From: Candidatus Saccharimonadota bacterium
GTDB lineage: Bacteria; Pseudomonadota; Gammaproteobacteria; Johnevansiales; Johnevansiaceae
Assembly: GCF_000300075.1 (NCBI RefSeq)
Contig: NC_018677.1
Coordinates: 210,001 to 242,000 of the forward strand
Direction: 5' to 3'
DNA: 32,000 nucleotides
Made by a program: the position numbers and the translations under genes. Each line of letters starts with the position of its first letter. Positions within the stretch are counted from its first letter, which is position 1. This document shows, piece after piece, positions 28,872-32,000 of this stretch. Under the pieces are notes generated by a model. The model was not told the DNA's origin. It made no database searches and saw only the letters and a program-made list of their open reading frames with translations.

Positions 28872-30170
28872 TTATACTTTTTTATGTTTATAATAACGTA
28901 AACCTTTGCTTGTATCATATTGATTTTCCCATTTTGAAACAATCAGAACAGCCAAAGCATTACCAACAACATTTAAAACAGTTCTAGCCATATCTAATAT
29001 TCGATCTACACCTGCTATAAAAGCTATGCCTTCTATTGGGATGCCTATACTTCCCAATGTAGCTAATAAAACTACAAACGATACCCCTGGTATTCCAGCG
29101 ATGCCTTTAGATGTTATCATTAATGTTAAAATTAATGTAAGTTGTGTAAATAAAGTTAGCTTAATTCCATAAAGCTGTGCTATAAACAACGCAGCAATAC
29201 TTTGATACAACGTTGAACCATCCAAGTTAAATGAATATCCAGTAGGAATAACAAAGTTACAAATAGTTTTTGGTGCACCATAATTTTCCATTTTAGCCAT
29301 TAAATTCAACAATACTGATTCAGAACTTGACGTAGTAAAGGCTAACAATATTTCATCTTTAAGAATGTGTAACAAGATAAGTATATTAAATCCAAAAAAC
29401 CAAGCAATACTGCCCAAAATTATAAATATAAAAAATATTATTGTAAAATATACTAAAACAACTAACTTTATTAATGGTATTAAAGATAAAACGCCAAAAT
29501 TTGCAACAGTATTAGATATTAAAGAAAAAACACCAATAGGTGAAAACCGCATAATAATACTTGTAACATTAAACATAGTCTCAGAAATTGTTTTTATTAT
29601 ATTTATAAATAAATTTTTATTTTTAAAAGGAAGACCTGACAAACCTAAACTAAAAATTACAGAAAAAAATATAATAGATAAAATATTTCCAGTTACAAAC
29701 GATTGAAATATATTTGAGGGTATTAACTCAACTATAATATTCAAAATATTTGTGTGTTCTTTCTTCTGAATGCTATTTGAAAAATCTTTATATTGTGACA
29801 GATCAATATTATTACTTAAACTAGACATATTTATTCCATAGCCCGGTTTAAATATATTCGCTGATATTAAGCCAACCAATATTGCTAATGTTGTAACAAG
29901 TTCAAAATACAAAATTGTTTTAAGTCCAATTCTACTTAGATTTTTTGTATTATCAATTCCAGAAATACCAATTATTAATGAAGTAAGAATTATTGGAACT
30001 ACTATCATTTTAATTAACCTAATAAAAATTTCTCCTAATGGTTGTAAAACGTTTATAAGTACCCAAGATTTAATATAGTTGTTTTGATGTAATATTAAAC
30101 CTGTAATTATTCCAAAACATAAACCTATTATTATTTTTAATGCCAAATTTTTTGATTGAATTATTTTCAT
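28872..30170 (-). CDS. gltP: Glutamate/aspartate:cation symporter (DAACS family)
   Basis: 432 aa, alignable by eye along most of its length to my recollection of E. coli GltP: IRLIKMIVVPI, SETMFNVT, SSSESVL, VIPTGYSFNLDGSTLYQSIAALFIAQLYGI, SKGIAGIPGVSFVVLLATLGSIGIPIEGIAFIAGVDRILDMARTVLNVVGNALAVL. Confidence 0.9.
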   Translation of the reverse strand: MKIIQSKNLALKIIIGLCFGIITGLILHQNNYIKSWVLINVLQPLGEIFIRLIKMIVVPIILTSLIIGISGIDNTKNLSRIGLKTILYFELVTTLAILVGLISANIFKPGYGINMSSLSNNIDLSQYKDFSNSIQKKEHTNILNIIVELIPSNIFQSFVTGNILSIIFFSVIFSLGLSGLPFKNKNLFINIIKTISETMFNVTSIIMRFSPIGVFSLISNTVANFGVLSLIPLIKLVVLVYFTIIFFIFIILGSIAWFFGFNILILLHILKDEILLAFTTSSSESVLLNLMAKMENYGAPKTICNFVIPTGYSFNLDGSTLYQSIAALFIAQLYGIKLTLFTQLTLILTLMITSKGIAGIPGVSFVVLLATLGSIGIPIEGIAFIAGVDRILDMARTVLNVVGNALAVLIVSKWENQYDTSKGLRYYKHKKV

Positions 30171-30514
30171 TTTTTTCTAATTCTTTTTTTTTTATATTAT
30201 GCTTTTAAGAGTATTATACACAAAAACAAATCATATTTTAATAATTCCGCTAATAAAGTTTTTTTTGTATTGTCTTTTAAATAATTATACAGATTGTAGT
30301 TAGAATTTAAACTAACTAGGGTCTGATTTGTATTTATTCATTAAGTTGTAAAATTTTATTGTATTTATTACTTTTAATTTATAAGTGTTGATCGTTACTG
30401 TGTTTTTTACTTCCTTTTTATAGTTTTATTTTTGTTTTGCTCTATGTTTTTTATTGCTGTTATTTTGTTGTTATTTCTGCTTCTTTTGTTTATCTTTTTA
30501 TTTGTTATATTTAT

Positions 30515-30553
30515 ATTGTTATTGTTATTGTATTTGTAGTTGTAGTTGTAGTA
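30515..30553 (+). repeat. Hexanucleotide microsatellites (ATTGTT)2.7 and (GTAGTT)3
   Basis: Read directly: attgttattgttattg at 30515-30530, and gtagttgtagttgtagta at 30536-30553. Confidence 0.9.
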
Positions 30554-31199
30554 TCCGTTTGTTAGTATTTGTTTCATGTTATTATCTTGTTGATGTTATT
30601 AGTTAGGTTCTTGGCTTTTTATTAGTTGTTGATATTTTAAAAGTTTTTAGTATTTGTTTAGTTCAATTGATTAAAATATTTGTTGTTTTGTTTAATTGAT
30701 GTTTATAGTATTTTGTTTATAGGTGTTAGTTAAAGTTAAGATTAAAGTTTATATTAGTTTTTTTTGTTTTAAAACCTGTACAGTTATACAGTATTATAAA
30801 GAATTTAAAAGTTTTTATTTTTAGCTGGTAGTTTATTTGTTATTAGTTTGTTATAAGAGGTTTTGTTATTAGTTTGTTTTATATTATTTAAAGATTAAAG
30901 ATGTTTTGTTATTAGTTTAAAAGTTTTTAGATGTTTAATCTATATGTTATATAGTAAAAAAAATGTAGTTATTTTGTTGTTCTGTTATTAAATTTTAGAA
31001 GTTAGTAGTAGTAGTTATGTTGTTAGATATATGTAGTTATTTAAAAACTATTGTTGTTAAATATTAATTTGTATTAAGTTTATGTTATTTATTTATTTTT
31101 GTTTGTTTTATTATTCTGTTATTTGTTACTTAGTAGATAGTTGTAGTTATTTGTTTATTTGTAGTTAAAGGTTTAATGAACTATTGGTAGTTAGTTGTG

Positions 31200-31216
31200 T
31201 TTTTTTTTTTTTTTTT
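31200..31216 (+). repeat. T17 homopolymer (A17 in the gltP sense)
   Basis: Read directly: 17 consecutive T. Confidence 0.95.
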
Positions 31217-32000
31217 AAGACTTTGTTAAACAAAAAGACGCTAATATTTGTATTGTATAGACTAATGTATTTTGTTGTTGTTTGCTGTTGGCTGTTGATT
31301 ATTTATTTAATATGTGATGTGTAGTTTTTTATTGTTAGGTGGTTAAACTTATTTGTGCTAGTTGTTTATCTGTTGAATATTGATATGCATTTTTTTTTGT
31401 TTGTTTTGTAAACTGTTTACTGTTATTCTTGATATGTAATTGGTTTTATCTTTTGTAAGGTCTATTATGTATTTTTATATGTTTTTTAAAAAACAAATAA
31501 TTTATTGTTTGCTGTTGATTTTAATATATTTATTGTAAGGTTTTAGGTGTAGTGATATGCCTTTGTTTTTTTTTTTAGGTGTTGCTTTTTATGTGATGTT
31601 GTAAATTGTGTAATAAGTGAGATACTTTATCATATGCAATAATTTTGTATATTGTTATAATTTGTTAAAAAGATTTGTTGGGAGAGTTGAGATGGAAGAT
31701 GCTTAGTTAAAAGTTGTAAATTTGAATGTTGTAAGATACTGTGTTAAAAGTTTAATAATATTTTATATAAAGTGTAAGTTGTTTTGTTGTGAGCTGTGAG
31801 CGTTTAGTTGTTAATTTTTTAGAGTTTAGAGTTTTGTGTTGTTGTGGTTATTTGTTAGAGTTTTAAATCGTTGATTTTATCTGTTAGTTATTGTTTAGAG
31901 ATTTTGGGTTTTGAGGTTTCTTTTAAGATTTAAGCGGTTGCTTTTTTGAGTTTTTTTTTGTTAGTTATAGGTTATAATTGTTATTTAAATCTGTTAGTTA

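Larger units (their letters stand above)
30171..32000 (-). other. Strand-skewed gene-free spacer S5 upstream of gltP, running off the window; G-poor on the minus strand
   Basis: At least 1.8 kb without ORFs. The + strand is T/G-rich; by hand count there are about 14 C in 30601-31200 (600 nt). The 30171 to about 30560 part nearest gltP is T-dominated with both C and G, which makes it A-dominated in the gltP sense. Confidence 0.85.

Noticed and set aside
18582-31857. A shared 12-mer CTCTAACAAATA between S3 (18582-18593, + strand) and S5 (reverse complement near 31846-31857) as evidence for a dispersed repeat family or a decayed mobile element.
   Set aside because: In an effectively three-letter, highly biased sequence, a few 12-mer matches between spacers of about 1 kb and 2 kb are expected by chance by my rough estimate. 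I saw no longer collinear similarity by eye. A real dot-plot is needed before claiming homology.

Overview
This is a very AT-rich segment (roughly 20-25% G+C by eye) that looks like the chromosome of a genome-reduced, host-restricted proteobacterial endosymbiont using the standard genetic code. I support 20 intact housekeeping CDS: dapD (5' partial), dapE, tyrS, yggT, carA, carB, greA, ftsH, nusA, infB, rbfA, pheT, pheS, rplT, rpmI, infC, proS, aroQ and gltP. There are 3 tRNAs, Ala-UGC, Leu-GAG and initiator fMet-CAU, all without an encoded CCA. There are 2 clear pseudogenes: dapB and a YddA/SbmA-BacA-type ABC transporter. The block dapB-carA-carB-greA-ftsH-tRNALeu-tRNAfMet-nusA-infB-rbfA follows the order I recall for Pseudomonas-like gammaproteobacteria, minus yhbY, rlmE, folP, glmM, tpiA, secG, rimP and truB. 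I found no mobile elements, CRISPR arrays, defence genes or toxin genes. About one fifth of the window is five long gene-free spacers (0.47-1.8 kb) with extreme strand-asymmetric composition. One strand is almost free of G, and it is always the sense strand of a flanking gene. Each spacer runs from a G-free A/C/T segment into an A-dominated segment, and the spacers are full of 3-, 6- and 7-nt microsatellites. The same G-free sequence type is also inserted in frame into tyrS (about 170 codons) and infB (about 55 codons). From memory, low coding density, repeat-rich spacers and a dead dapB beside live dapD/dapE resemble published descriptions of the whitefly symbiont Portiera, but I cannot confirm that identity here. 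If it is correct, expanded spacers as such are already known. The polarity, the two-part layout and the in-frame copies would then be the parts worth following up. I see no evidence for a novel protein-encoded system.
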